Assembly: GCF_036321535.1 (NCBI RefSeq)
Contig: NC_087437.1
Coordinates: 3,348,001 to 3,412,000, forward strand
Length of the DNA: 64,000 bases
From: Camelus dromedarius
Lineage: Eukaryota
Direction of reading: 5' to 3'
The notes under the pieces are model-generated. The model saw only the letters and a program-made list of their open reading frames with translations. It was not told the origin of the DNA and did no database searches. Numbering within the stretch: the first letter of the stretch is position 1; each line of letters starts with the position of its first letter. The position numbers were made by a program, and so were the translations under genes. Below are positions 1-13,962 of this stretch, in pieces.

Positions 1-710
1 CAAGGACCAGAAGTGTGTTTTTCTTTTTTTCTCAAAGCTGTGGTTGATCCTTTATAAGTCATTGCAGTCTTCTGTTTATCAGCATTAATACCTGTTCCAA
101 TACCTGCTTGATGTAACACACCACAAACCCCGTATCTGCACAACAGACAGGAAGAGGGACCTGGAGATTTTCTGGTGACTTTAGACTTTGCTTTCAAAGA
201 ATTCTGGTTTCCTTGTATCTCCCATCTCCTACACTAAATTTGGTCAGATTGGCTATACTTTGGTGACATTTTATCAGGGTCATCATTGGCTGCGTTATAA
301 CGCCATCTAAATCAGTTTGGTGGTGATGGTGACAATCTGGCTTTGATAATATGACTTCTCAACCAGCTTTGGGGAGGCTCCTCGTTTGCTTCCAGATAGT
401 TCCTAGGACAATGAGCTCTAATCTGAATTTCCTTTTCTGCTGGACTAACTCTGCAAAGAGCTGAGAAAGGCAGGAGTTGTTCCAAGCACAAATCTCAGTG
501 GTGTTTTTAATGGGAGAGAAAGTAGAATGTTGATGGCCTGAGAAGGGCCTCTCCTCTGCCGAGACCATATTGCAGAGCACATCACGGCAGGCCCCTGACA
601 GCACAAAATCTGCTCAAGGACAGTCTTATTTGTTGGCTGGTCTGGGTCCCCCATTACTGAAGCACAAGAGGAAATCCCAGTTAATGTGATACTTAATCAC
701 GAAGTTGTAA

Positions 711-912
711 CAGTATAGTGGAAAAGGCACGGGCTTTGGAATCACACAGTGCTCCCTGATAAACCTCAGGGCACTCTCTTAGCCTTTCCAAGACTCAATT
801 TATCCATCAGTAAAATGAGAATTTCGGTGGACCTTCAACTGTGGTGTGAAAACGAACTAAGCATGTATATTGCCAGCATCTTATCTGGCATGGTGCAGTA
901 CCAATCAATGTC
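711..912 (+). mobile_element. MIR SINE
   Basis: GTATAGTGGAAAAGGCACGGGCTTTGGAATCA head and CTCAATTTATCCATCAGTAAAATGAG core. Confidence 0.7.
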
Positions 913-1767
913 AGTCCTTTAAGCAGAAAAGTTAGACTTAAGATACAGCATAGGTGAATGAAGATGTTCAGAGAGAAATTTCAAAATGCGTAAGAGAAGC
1001 CAAACCCAAAGGACATCTATGTGACCCTTGTGCATTTTCAGAAGAATTCTCCCTTCTTTATAGAGCCAGATCTTCATGATTCAATTCACGGCTTCTGTGC
1101 TTCTTAAATATTTATTGAGCACACACCCCGTGGCAAGTATTATGCTGAAGGTAAGGGCACAGGACAGTTTGGGGCAGGGAGGCCGTGGACATGTGAAAAT
1201 AGTAATATGAAACCAGTGTCCCTTTGAATCCAGGAGCCAAGAAAAGACATGGAAACAACTTAATCGCTGCTCATGTGATAAGCAGGCGCAGTGAGTCCTG
1301 CCAGTGGAACAAAGCTGACAGTTAGCGGATCTTCCAAGCTTTCCATGCTGTTTACTCTTCCCTTTGGGTTCAGGCTCATCCGGCAGCAAAATCCTGGACC
1401 AGTCGCTTTACCTCTCAAGGCATTTCCCCACCGGTAAAGGGTGAATAACGGTCTCTCCCTGTAAAGATTTTCAGAGATAATATGTATGAAAGCTCCTAAG
1501 ACGGTCAGCCGTAGGAGTTAACGCAGGATCGCTTTCCAGAGGCGACCGAAGAGGGGAGGTGGGGAAATCCTGGGATCCTTTTATTCCTTGGTGTCAAGTC
1601 TGGCAAAAAGTTAAGGGATGAAGGTGCGGACAAAAGCCCATGACGCCCTTGGGGATTATGTCTGGATTTGAGTTGCCCACACTGTTTCTGTCCCCTGTCC
1701 ATCACCGTGGGTAATGAGAAGCGTGAGCCAGCATTCGGCCTGGTGACCTTGGTTCACCATGAGGTAA

Positions 1768-1893
<126 letters not shown>

Positions 1894-4162
1894 TGAACGA
1901 AGGGTCATTTGGGTTTTTCTCCCAGGCCTCACACTTTTGGCCCTTGATGTAATTATGTACGGCCCCAAGAGTCAGAACCAGTGAGATTAGCTCCTTCAAG
2001 CCTGTCTTCTGATGACGTCCAACCTGGTATTCTGGGTGGGTCTTCTCAGTGGCCCAAACGAAGGGCTCCGTTGTAACCAGCTGTGCAGATGTCCCCAAGG
2101 GAGAGACCTGCAGACCACACCGACGGTGAGAATCCCTGACAGTGAGGTCTGCCACTCCCTCCCCCAGGCCCCTAAGCACCAGTCTCATGTGGGAGACACA
2201 GTGAAGTCCTGAGGAAAGAGCCACCCTGGCTTAGAGAATTTGGAGCTGCTAGGTTCCCACGAAGATGTTGGAATCCTATTTGGTTTTGATACCGGTTTCT
2301 CACAACACAAGGAAGGCAAAGAGTGCGTAGAGAGAGCTGTGCGGCAGTGGAGCTGAGGCCCTCTGCTGCGGTATGCCAGGTGGCCCTGAGGGACACTCTC
2401 CACAGGGGCCTTGGCTCCCCCAAGGGAGAGAGCCTTGGAGAGGCAGCCGGGTCCCTGCCCTGGCCTCGCTGATGCCTCTGAGGTCCAAGTTATATGCAAG
2501 CAATACCGCCCAGTCGTCAGTTTCTCTTTTGCAGACCTTGTCTGATCTGCATGACAGGAAGCAGGTGCCAGCATCTGTTTCCAGACCAGGGCTGTCAGAC
2601 TGAGGGCCTTCCATGCAAGAGAGAGTCCATCTCCCTTCACTGCTGGGTGAGCAGTGGTGGCGTGACATGTCTCCCTGACCTGTCCCCCTCCTTGTCTGCT
2701 TTGTAACCCATACTGGCCTCCCGTGGCTACAGAATTCTAAAAGCATTTGTTGGAAAAAAACAAAAGACACGTGGCAGGAAAGTATATAGAACAAGAGTGG
2801 TCGACTGGTGGCCTGTAGGCATTAGTCGGGCCACAAATATATTTGACCCACAATTTTTTTTTAAGAATTAAATAACTGAATATAAAATGTCAGATTTCTG
2901 GCTTCTCTGGGAAAACTGAAAGTCCTGGCAACACTTAAATTAAAAGATTACACATAGCAAAACTAACCAGCACTCAAGAGATGTAGTCCCCTTCAGGTGG
3001 GAATCAGTTCCAGAATGTGGGCAGGTGGATGCCCCCTCCTTCACAGAGCTCCTGAGCCTCGAGACAGAAATGCACCTGGAGCTAAATCCTGGGAGACAGT
3101 GCCGCATGCACACAGCCCCAGGGGAATAGGAGACACAGCACCTCCTGTCAGCCCCGGCTCCCAGGGGATGTTCATTCCCCAACACTCATCCTGTCACTTG
3201 GGCAGGTAAAGCAGGCTCAGGAGATCTGAGAAAAATTTAAGGTAAATAAAGCAGATAAGACGGTTGGCAGTCAGCTGATACTTGCCTGGAGAAGCTAAGG
3301 GCAAGGGGAAGTGGGCTGGTATCAACAGCGTCAGCTCTGACAGCCCCCCCACACACTGAGAAAAGAGGGGGATTTTAACACAGTGACCCATTTTCTAGCC
3401 CCCAGAGAGTCAGCGCTCTGAGAAACAGCCTTGGAAATGGAAGTCTCTGAAATTCCAAGTGACCCGGTAAAAATGTCTAGATGCCAGGACATCTCTCTTA
3501 TTTTATGAAGTTTTAGAAAGAAGAACGTTATTTAGAAAGAAGAACATGTTATTTGACCTTGGGCATAGGTCCTGCCGGGTAGAGGAATTACTGTTGGGAG
3601 GCTCCAAAGTATTATCACTTGATTACTTTTCCAAAAGTAGTGTCTATTTTTCCTTGTCTACGTGTAAAGTCCCTCCTGCCCGGCCATTCAGTATGTTATG
3701 CTGGAATGAGCCTTAAATGTCAGCAGCCTAGCTGGGGCCTTTGTAACCATGACCATGATGAGAGACGCTTGGGTTACTGGGTTATCATTTTTTAATCACT
3801 GGGTCCAAATAGAACTCAGCCAAATTGAAGCCTCCAGTCTGTGTCCACTTCTATCTGGACGTTATTTGGAGTTACATTTTTCTGAAGTCTTTTCTTGGAT
3901 TTCTTTAGATGCCGTCTTCTCCCCTCCTGCCAGCATGTATCTGATTCTAGAAAATCTCCCTGTCACCTTCAACTCCACAGGAAGCTTAGAATTCACCCTC
4001 CATCTCAGATTGAGTGTGTCAAGGCTTAAAATGGTTCCCACTGCTTAACATAGAATGAATGAAATGGGCATGTGCTTGCGAACTCTCGCCCCCCAGTGCC
4101 TCCTTACTGGGTTAAAGTTGTAATTCTCCCTCCTTCCTTTTTTCATTTGAATGGGTGTCCAG

Positions 4163-4214
4163 GTCTCTCACGACTTCGCAATCAACTTTAACGAAGACAA
4201 CCCGGAATGCGCAG
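4163..4214 (+). CDS. CPNE4: Copine-4 internal coding exon: VSHDFAINFNEDNPECA(G)
   Basis: CAG acceptor at 4160-4162, CAG|GTGAAT donor. 52 nt, phase 0 to 1. Peptide visible in ORF 4151..4333. Confidence 0.95.
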
Positions 4215-5869
4215 GTGAATCCCGACGTGGCAGAAAGCCAGTGTCTCGTGGCCCCTCTGTTTGTACTTCCCCACTTGAGTGCCTCTCTCCTGTTGTGGTA
4301 CCTCCATTGTGCTTGTCCCTAGGCGAGAAGTAGGCTCACTGGGTCCAAATAAATATGCTACTCCCAAGACAGCAGAGAGCCTTCATCACAGAGCAGAGAA
4401 ATACTAGTGGGAAAGGATGAGATCTATTTATTTTTCACAACCGCCTCTGTGAAGGTTTAAGGAGAGGGGGGAGCATGGAATCATTTGACGCTCTCAGCAT
4501 GTGGGCAAAGGATGTGGGTGGCCTCCAGGACTTCAAGCCAGTAGCCTCATGGTTGTCAGCCAGCAGGAGCCTCTCGGAGGCCGCTGTCCGTGGTCCCTAT
4601 TTCCGGCTAGAAATTCCCGGCACGGTTCCACAGAAGAATGACAGCTATGACGAGAAACTTCACCCAGAATTATCTTACCTGCTTCCTAAATAATAAACGG
4701 AGCTGGGCACACGTGTTGCTCTGAAAGTGATCAGATGCTTTTCTGGTGGGGTGGTGGGAATGTCTGGGTCTCCCCCCTTGTGCTTGTCAAGGAGGAGGGG
4801 ACTGAATGGGTCACTTAGATCCTGTTGGGGGTCTGAGCATTTGAGCTTCTTTCACAAATTGAGCACAAACGGTCCAAGAATGTGACGTCAGTGTCACCAG
4901 GTCTGCACATGACAACCTCTGAGCCCAGAACTTCCCTCTACCCTGATTTTTTCTCACAGTCCCTCACACCCAGTTTGTTATAGTTTGGGTTCCCTCATCC
5001 CAGACCACCCCCGCCCTTAAACCATAAGAATGGTTTTCCACCAGAGCCAAATGAAGAGCGTATCCAGTGTTAATCTGTTTCATGTCTTAGGATTCAGCTG
5101 CCTCGTACTTTTGGGAGAAGAATCAAACTGGCTTATCTTAGGCAAAAACCTCAGGAACCAGAAAAGCTAGAGAGCTTCTTCTCAGCATGACTTAACTTCA
5201 AGACCAGGCAGTGTAATGACTTGGCATCTCCCTGACTTTGGGATGGCAGGCTTAGGGGCTGGATAAAGAGAATGCAGCGTTTTCAAGCATTTTCATACAA
5301 ATTTGATTACATGCATGTATACAAAGGCAGAACAGAATAGAATTTGGGTGGAAGCCCCACTTTAAACGAGGAGGTGACCACGGTGGTAGATGTCCCTCAT
5401 CTGTACTCTGGTCCCCAGTAGATGATTGTGTTGGTCGTCACACATTTAGTGAGCAGCTGCCTCAAGCTCACGAGGGAGTTAGTCGCAAGTCCTCCACACA
5501 GGGATTCAAACACCAGGAGAGACGGTTGTGTGCACCCGTAACCCACGCAGGTGGCCCAGGGTGGCACGTGCTAGGGTGGAGTCACCCAGATGGGGTGACA
5601 ACAAGAGGAGGTTGGAGCTGGGAGCTCAGCTCTGAGAGGACACCTGAGTCCACGGCAAACCTCTCTAAGCCTCAGTTTCTCCACCTGTAGAGTGGATGTA
5701 ACTTCCTTTTCACGATGATGTGAGTATCTAATGAAATCTGTGGTATAAGGTGAGACCTTAGGGGGTCGTTTGTGGAGATGGTCACATTTGACTTGAACCT
5801 TTAAGGAGACTGATTTCAGCAGGAGGAGAGGCAGCAATACCAGGATGGGGGTGTTTCCTCTGATCTTGA

Positions 5870-6223
<354 letters not shown>

Positions 6224-8066
6224 TGAGTTTGGACAAGTGACTTGACCTTCCCTGTCCTCAGTCTCCTTATCTGAAAAATGAGGATGATTGGGAATGGAAA
6301 AAAAAACTGTCCAAAAATAAGCTTGCTTCCCAGTGTACCCATAGTACAGAGGCAAGTGAGGCCAAACAGAAGCAAACGGCGGTTATTCTGCCCCTGGGGT
6401 CAAGTGAAGTGACGCACAACATCACAGTGAAGGTTTGTTTCACGTTCTCTTGGTGGTTTTCTTAAGGGAATTGGACACCAAGGCTACAAGACCAGTTTGC
6501 TTTTTTCCCTAATATATTAGAGTTAAATATATTACCATAATGGCTTTTCTGTGTTACCATTTTAATAACATCAATATGTTTCTTCTTTAGCTTGATGATC
6601 GTTTTTCAGATTTAGCAGACTATTAACTGATGTCTGAAATTTTCTATATGATTTTGTCCTGAGTTCCAAGATGCTGCATTCACATAAGGGAACGCTATGC
6701 TCCTCCTTTGTCTTCCTCCCTCAGCTTGTCTGCCGCCCGGTGTGCTGTGCCCGTGTTCCCAGCCCTCCCTCCTGGTGGGTGGCCAGGGACCACACTCTCG
6801 TCTCATGTCAGCGCCTCCTCTGGGCACGTTGCCCTCCAGTATCCAAGGACGCTGACCTAGTGTCACACTCCCTGTTTCTCCTTACCATCTGTTCTTTTCC
6901 TTCCTACTGAAGACTCACTCCTGGTAGCATAAAACACGCTCCCAGTAATTCCTATTGAAGTTAAGAGCTCTCCCTTGACACCGCTTTCCTCTTTAGCTGC
7001 TGTCCCTTACTTTACTCTTGGTTAGAGCAAAATTCATTGAAAGAGTTGCCTGTCTTCCCCTTCTCCATCTGTCCTCCCGTTGGCCCCTCCACCCAGACCA
7101 CCCCGACTCTCCTCCCCGACACCCCTCTGAAGACCACGCTTGTCAAAGTCCACAGCACCTCCATCTTGCCAAACCCACAGAGGCCTCAGAGCAAATCTGA
7201 ATCCTCACAGATGCAAGATTTAGGGATAGGCTTGGACAGGATCAGTATTTTATTTTATTTCTGACCTTTTTATTTTAATCACCAGAACTTGACATTCAAA
7301 TTCATTAAATGATACCTGGCTCAGAAACCCAACCTGTAAAACAGATTTTAAGAAAATAGACTGTCTTTGGTAAATCTGGGCATGGGCTCGGTCCACACTT
7401 GTCTGTTCTCCTTGACTCCCTTCATACCAAGAGCATCCAACACATCCCTAGGGCTCCCCAGAGCCCAATTTGGGCTCATCTCAGCCTCTCTGGGGCACCA
7501 GGACCACACGAGTGAAAAGAAAAACTGACATAGGTCTGTGTTCTGTACTGGTAACAACCAGCATGAGATTGTAGCCATGACTCACTCCCCCAGGGACAGG
7601 TGGGGCTGCTCTGAAGGGCAGGTCAAGGGAGAATGCAGGAAGTAGCTAATTCACATATTCTCAAATAAATCCCTCCCATAGGCCAGGACCACTGGTGCTT
7701 TTCCCCACAGGTTTCTACTGTCTTCTGGACAGTGTGTGGTCCAGGGCCCGTGTTATTCTTGGTCACTAAGAGTCCTAGCCTTGAACCTTCCAGGCAAGTT
7801 GAACCAGGAAGTCTGTGACTGTAGGATTTTTTTCCTTGATTTTGTGAAACTCTTCTAGAAAGAAAAAAAAAAAAGTCCCTTCCTTATATAAACAGGACCT
7901 CAAGTGCATTCAAAGATTTTACTGTTTCACTCGTGAGCATTTTCCTTGGCTGACTTTGGAAGCAACCGTTACTGCTGGCTTTATTGGAAATTTGCATCAG
8001 GGTTTTGATCTAGCAAGATTGAACCAAGAAGGATCAGATTTTAGAATCCTGACAGTCTCTTCCAAC

Positions 8067-8554
8067 CAGGGCTTCTTAACCCTTTTTGTTTCGGGGACAC
8101 CCTTAGCAACTGGTGAAGAAGCCCTTGAACTCTTCTTAGAGTACCCAAAATAAAATACGTTATTATAAAATAAGCCAGTTAGATTGAAATGCAGTTAGCA
8201 AAACATATTTAAACGTGACATAGAAGCATCGTAAATGGAGTAACAAAATTAAATGATGAGAATTTGTGGCTGGTCTGATAATTCTGTAATTTCTCAGTAG
8301 TGTTGAATGTAAATGGTATTTTGAGATATTTGCAGCCACTGTAATGAAACAGGAACCTAGTCTGTGATGTCTCCTGGTGACTCAGTCACAAGTATGGCTA
8401 AAACTAATTTTATTTGTTGATGATACTGATAGTGAGAAAAAACGATACATTTTAGTTAGAGGTTAGTGAAAATAAAACTTTAATTGACCCCAGTGTCACA
8501 GGCTTTCTGAATTCCTTCAACTCAGCTGTCCAGAGGCCCAGGTTAAGAGCCCTG
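8067..8554. mobile_element. hAT-Charlie non-autonomous DNA transposon (MER119-like)
   Basis: Terminal inverted repeats CAGGGCTTCTTAACC (8067-8081) and GGTTAAGAGCCCTG (8541-8554) around an AT-rich interior. Confidence 0.75.
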
Positions 8555-8596
8555 CTCTACTGGAGAAGTCAGCTACATTGTGCAGCATGTCTCTAA

Positions 8597-8878
8597 ATGG
8601 CTTGCAAACTGCGAACGGTTTTTACATTTTTAAGTGGCTGGAAAAAAAATCAAAAGAAGAAGAATATTTCATGGCACAGAAAAGTCATATGACATTCAAA
8701 CTTCAGGGTCCATAGTTATATGGGACCTCAGCCATGCCTGGTCCTATGAAGTTCTGTCTGTGGCTGTTTTCACACTGCACTGGCAGAATGAAGTCATTGC
8801 CACAGACACCACCACGGCCCACAAAGCCTGAAATGTTTACTATAGTCCCTTTACAGAAAATATTTTCCCAACACCCAC
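8597..8878. mobile_element. hAT-Charlie MER58B-like element
   Basis: GGTTTTTACATTTTTAAGTGGCTGGAAAAAAAATCAAAAGAAGAA and GGCCCACAAAGCCTGAAATGTTTACTAT...CCCTTTACAGAAAA, recognised from consensus. Confidence 0.75.
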
Positions 8879-10100
8879 TCTAGACCAGGACAGCCATAAA
8901 CGTTCTTGATGTGGTCATGTGACTGTCAGGTGTTTTGTTCCTGGAGACACTGACTGAGGGGCTAATCCATGCCGTGGACCACAGAGATCAGATCAGACAG
9001 GAGTTAGGGGAGGGTGGGGAGCAGAGGAGGGGGTACAGAGGTGGGATTCACGCAGGAGCCCGTCTGCTTGGGACTCAGGAGTCTCTGTCCAGGCGTGGTG
9101 TTTGCTTTGGCCTCTGAGACGCATCCTGGATGGGAGGTGGGTGATTTATGGTTCTGGTGTTGTCCCCAAGCCACCCCTCCTCCCTGCACCCCCACCCCCT
9201 CCATCATTTCACCCTACTGAGACCATCCTCCAAACTCCCAGGCTACCTTCTTTGTGAACATATAAAACTCAAAAAGCATAGGTATGGATGAAAATTTACA
9301 ACTTGAATGGATCTGAAACTTGCTGGGCTAGAACTCGGTGAGCAGTCAGTTAGTGGACCGGGAACAGAGTTCATCTTTATATCAAACTGTGTGGAAAGCC
9401 TTCAGAACACGTGTTGTCTTCATCTCAGTGCAAATTTCTCTTCTCTCCAGTTGTCCTTTCGACTGAGACATTTTGTTTAGAAACAGGTTTTTTCAGACTA
9501 ACCAAGAAAAATGGGAACTCTTTCATACTGCCAGCCTATTTGCAACCTTTTCAGTGTGATTCTCCAAACCAGATGTTTTCCAAATGTGATTATCCAGTCT
9601 AGCTTTTCTCCTTTGAAGCAGGGCAACTTGGAATGGTTTACTTGTCCCATGTTTACTGCCCCCGCCCCGTAGATGGGGCGCCCTCCGCAGATTATACTCA
9701 AAGTTCTTTTGCGTTTGGCAGGAGCAGCATGTCGGTGACCTCTCCCCTCCCCTCTCAGTGTGGAGGCTGTCGTGATGCCACTGACGACAGTGGTGACCTC
9801 CCCTGGGCCTTCCTTCTCCAGACCCACTGTGCGGATGGGTACAGAGCCTGCTCTCCAACCTCCATCTCCGGGGGAAGGGCCTGGCGGGGCTGCAGGCTGA
9901 GACCTGGGACTTAGAGCGGGAGGACCCTCCTCCCCACGTGCTTAGAGCTGGGCAGCACTTGCAAGGCAGTCACTGGCCCAGATACACGGCCCTCAGCTCT
10001 CCAGCAGGGCTTCAGCCGTGAGAAGTATAATGGGAGCCATGGAGCACCTTTAAATAGTAAACAGTAAATGGTAGCCACATTTTAAAGAGTTAATAGAGCA

Positions 10101-10229
10101 AGGAGGATGTAGCTCAGTGGTGGAGCGTGTGCTTAGCATGCACAAGGTCCTGGGTTCAATCCCCAGCCCCTCCATTAAAAATTAAATAAATAAACCCAAT
10201 TACCTCCCCCCAACAACATAAAACAAATG
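10101..10229 (+). mobile_element. Camelid tRNA-Ala-derived SINE (vic-1-like), long form
   Basis: A box TAGCTCAGTGG, CTTAGCA anticodon-like loop, B box GGTTCAATCC, body AAACCCAATTACCTCCCCC, A-rich tail. TSD AAGAGTTAATAGA at 10085-10097 and 10230-10242. Confidence 0.9.
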
Positions 10230-10242
10230 AAGAGTTAATAGA

Positions 10243-10453
10243 TTTGCAGATACTGACTGGTATATATAAAATAGATAAACAAGTTTATACTGTATAGCAC
10301 AGGGAAATAAATCCAATATCTTGTAGTAGCTCATGGTGAAAAGGAATATGAAAATGAATATATATAATTCATGTATGACTGAAGCATTGTGCTGTGCACC
10401 AGAAATTGACACATTGTAAACTGACTATACCATAATAAAATAAATAATTAATA
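10243..10453 (+). mobile_element. 5'-truncated L1 3' end
   Basis: Matches the 3' terminus of the L1 at 22739-23561 (TACTGTATAGCACAGGGAA...CATTGTAAA.GACTATAC), followed by an A-rich tail. Confidence 0.85.
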
Positions 10454-11273
10454 AGTTAATAGAAATAGGGAAATTAATTTTAATAATAATGGATTTTATC
10501 TAACCCACTGTAACTAAAACAATTATCATCTTAAGATATACTCTGTATAAAAAAATTGATAGAATATTTTCCATTTTTTTGGTACTAAGTCTCTAAAAGC
10601 CAGTGTGTATTTTACTTTATTGATACTTACATCATCTCAATTTGGATGCTAAATTATCATCAAAAATACTCAGTTTTTATTTAGATTTTATAAGTTGATC
10701 ACTGAAAAAGTAGGTAGTTGTTCTAAATATACTTAAAAGATTTCCAGTGACTCAATCCGGTATCCATTTTTTTTTCAGTTAAATTTAAATTGATGTGAAT
10801 GAAAATTACAAATTCAGTTGCTCCATCGCTCCAGTCACATCTCAAGGACTCGGGAACCCTGTGGAGCTAGTGGCTATTGTACTAGGCAGCTCAACTTTAG
10901 ACTCTTGAAAATCTGCTAAGAGGCCGGGATAAACTGTCTAGTCCCACCCCTCACTTACGAGATGGGGAGGCCAAGACCCCAGGGGCTGAGGGTTCTCCCA
11001 GCATCTCAGAGCCGAGGCTTTGAAGCCAGCCCTCCTGACTCTGGTGCTTTGTGTGCTGCACGAAGGTGCCAATTAGAATTAACCCGCAGTGACTGTGCCT
11101 GCCTTTGAGCTGCGTTCACCGCCAGCCCTCAGTCCTTGGGCTGTCAGTACAGGCACTTGGAAAAGTCTGTCATCCCTCTTGCTGTGGTTGGTCTGTGCTG
11201 AAGCCACCAGGTGCGTAACTGGCTTTGTCTTGTCTCCCCATCTGTCTGTCCCCCAACGTCCCATTGGCGGTAG

Positions 11274-11729
<456 letters not shown>

Positions 11730-13003
11730 TGAAATTCGGCCTTCTTCTCTTTTTCAAGCCATGTGCCCTGGCAGAGGCCTATGTTGCCTTGGCAAAGTAT
11801 ATTTTCAAAATGATAAAAACCTAAATCCTCTATCATTATATAGTAAGCAGCATCCAAGATGGATTCAATTCATGCCTGAGGGAGCCAGCAAGATGACAAA
11901 GCTGGGTCAAAGCATGATGTTAAGCAGTCGTTTATGGTCAGTTTGCTAAGGCAGCATCAGAACTCATAATGACCAACAGGGTTTAAAAAAAAATCATCTG
12001 AAGATTCCCTCTGGGGACGTTTCCAAGCCCTCGAGTTGTAGGGCATCCTCCAGCGTAGGCATAAGGCAGCACGGCATGGCATCCTCTCGCGGGGGAGGCG
12101 TGCTGGAGCAGGCGGAGTTCTCTGCCGTTGTGCCGTGTTTGTCCATGCATATGCTGGCTTGCACATTGCCCAAGGTGGGGAGAGGGCTGTCCTTCCAGAC
12201 TGTGATGTCCTGCACCATTTTGTTGGCCAGACAGAGGTAGCCACGGGACTGACTACCACCCATAACTTGGCCCGAGTGAGAAGAGGGGTCCAAGAGCTCC
12301 CTCCCTAGGAATATCATCATATTCCCCAAACCACCATCTCCCTACCCTCCCCCCCACACCTGGGGGCTAAAGCAGTGCCCTGGGGCCATGCAGGGCTGCA
12401 ACCTCGTCCCCAGCCCCTCCCTCCCTCACACACTTCGAGTGTGCAAGGTGTGTGCCAGCCCTGGGACCACCATGGATGACGAGCTGTGGGTCCCTGCCTC
12501 CAGGAATTTATAGAGAAATGCCCTGCTGGGACACAGGCTAAGTGACCTGGGAGAAGGGGTGTTGCAGAGGGCTGACCTGTCACTCAGAACCTGAGATCCA
12601 GGTGCCAAAGTCACAGCTCAGGTGAGGCTCAGATTCTACATGTCTCATCAGCTCCCGTGCGAGGTGACCTGCCAGTCTGTAGCCCAAGGCATGTTCTGAG
12701 TCACAGGAGGGTTCATTTCTGCCCCACCAGTATCCCTCATGTGACTGTACCTTTCTCAGTGGCAGAACCATAGACCCCATCAGCCTGAGCGTAGGGCCTG
12801 GAGCAGAAACAATGTCTGGATTTGAAGCTCAATCAGACACAAAACAATGGAGCAAGTCTTCCAACCATCCAACTTTCACCCATCCTCAGATGTGAATAGT
12901 TTCACATTTTGAGGCAGGCAAGAAAAAATATAATTATGAAATGGAAGGTTTATTTTCCAGTAATTGGACCACTCTTGCTTGGAGTAGATGCTGGACAAAT
13001 GCT

Positions 13004-13063
13004 GAAGGAAGGAAGGAAGGAAGGAAGGAAGGAAGGAAGGAAGGAAGGAAGGAAGGAAGGAAG
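13004..13063. repeat. (GAAG)15 microsatellite in the last CPNE4 intron
   Basis: Perfect 60-bp tetranucleotide run. Confidence 0.97.
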
Positions 13064-13097
13064 GGGCTCAGAGCAGGACTTGCGTCTTTTAGTCTGA

Positions 13098-13292
<195 letters not shown>

Positions 13293-13546
13293 ACTCCATG
13301 CACTTTACAGGGTTCTGAAATACTACTCCTGCCAATATTTAATACTTCTGCTCCCGTACTGAAGCACACACATACACATTTAAAACTAGCACGTTTTGGT
13401 GATTTTTAACTAATCGACGATTTTTTTTTCTGCATGTGTAGCCCCGAGGCCTGGATCTATGAGGCCCTTGCATCGTTAAAAGACTTTTTACAAAGAAACA
13501 CAGATAATTATCCCTTACTCCCTACGTTACAGCATGTTTGCCTTGA

Positions 13547-13552
13547 AATAAA
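13547..13552 (+). terminator. Candidate proximal polyadenylation signal of CPNE4 (AATAAA)
   Basis: AATAAA about 255 nt after the stop codon, with a T-rich stretch (CCGTTTTTTAT) downstream. Confidence 0.4.
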
Positions 13553-13740
13553 ACGGTATCTGTATCCGTTTTTTATACAGATTTGTTGAAATTTTGCTAA
13601 ATTTCTTATTACCTTTACACTGTAAAGCATTTTGAAACATTCCTCGAACGTTGATAGCCAACACATATTTGGTTTTATGTGCTACAGGGTGAGAGACTTT
13701 TTAAAATGGCAGCTGCATGGACTGTATTTTGCATGTTTAA

Positions 13741-13746
13741 AATAAA
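13741..13746 (+). terminator. Candidate distal polyadenylation signal of CPNE4 (AATAAA)
   Basis: AATAAA followed by CA dinucleotides at about 13757-13763 and GT/T-rich TGTTGTTGTTTTTTTT (13765-13780). Marks the end of the AT-rich 3'UTR-like sequence. Confidence 0.65.
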
Positions 13747-13766
13747 AAAAAAAAACCACCACACTG

Positions 13767-13858
13767 TTGTTGTTTTTTTTAATTGAAATACATACAGTCA
13801 GTAGCGATGTGTCAATTTCTGGTGTACCGCACAATGTCCCAGTCATGCAGATAAATAT
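13767..13858 (-). mobile_element. Very short antisense L1 3'-end insertion
   Basis: Poly-T, then TGTGTCAATTTCTGGTGTACCGCACAATG, a near reverse complement of 10385-10413. TSD CACACTG at 13760-13766 and 13859-13865. Confidence 0.8.
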
Positions 13859-13962
13859 CACACTGCTTATTGCAGTTGTTAATCTATTTCTAATTCCTCC
13901 CTGCTGAGAATGGTCTCTCCACCGAAGAAGAGGTTTAGCCACCTGAAGATGGGCTCCCTGAA

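Larger units (their letters stand above)
10005..10893. mobile_element. hAT-Charlie MER33/Charlie1-like element hosting SINE and L1 insertions
   Basis: GTAGCCACATT...GAAATTAATTTTAATAAT...TACTAAGTCT...GTGTGTATTTTAC...GCTAGTGGCTATTGTACT, continuous once 10098-10463 is removed. Confidence 0.72.

Noticed and set aside
4883..4890. Perfect CRE palindrome TGACGTCA in a CPNE4 intron
   Set aside because: A single 8-mer is expected roughly once by chance in a window this size, and there is no supporting motif cluster.
13300..13368. miRNA seed matches in the CPNE4 3'UTR (GCACTTTA miR-17 family at 13300-13307; AAGCACA miR-218 at 13362-13368)
   Set aside because: The first is only 8 nt past the stop codon, where sites are usually ineffective. 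7-8-mers are common by chance, and conservation cannot be checked here.
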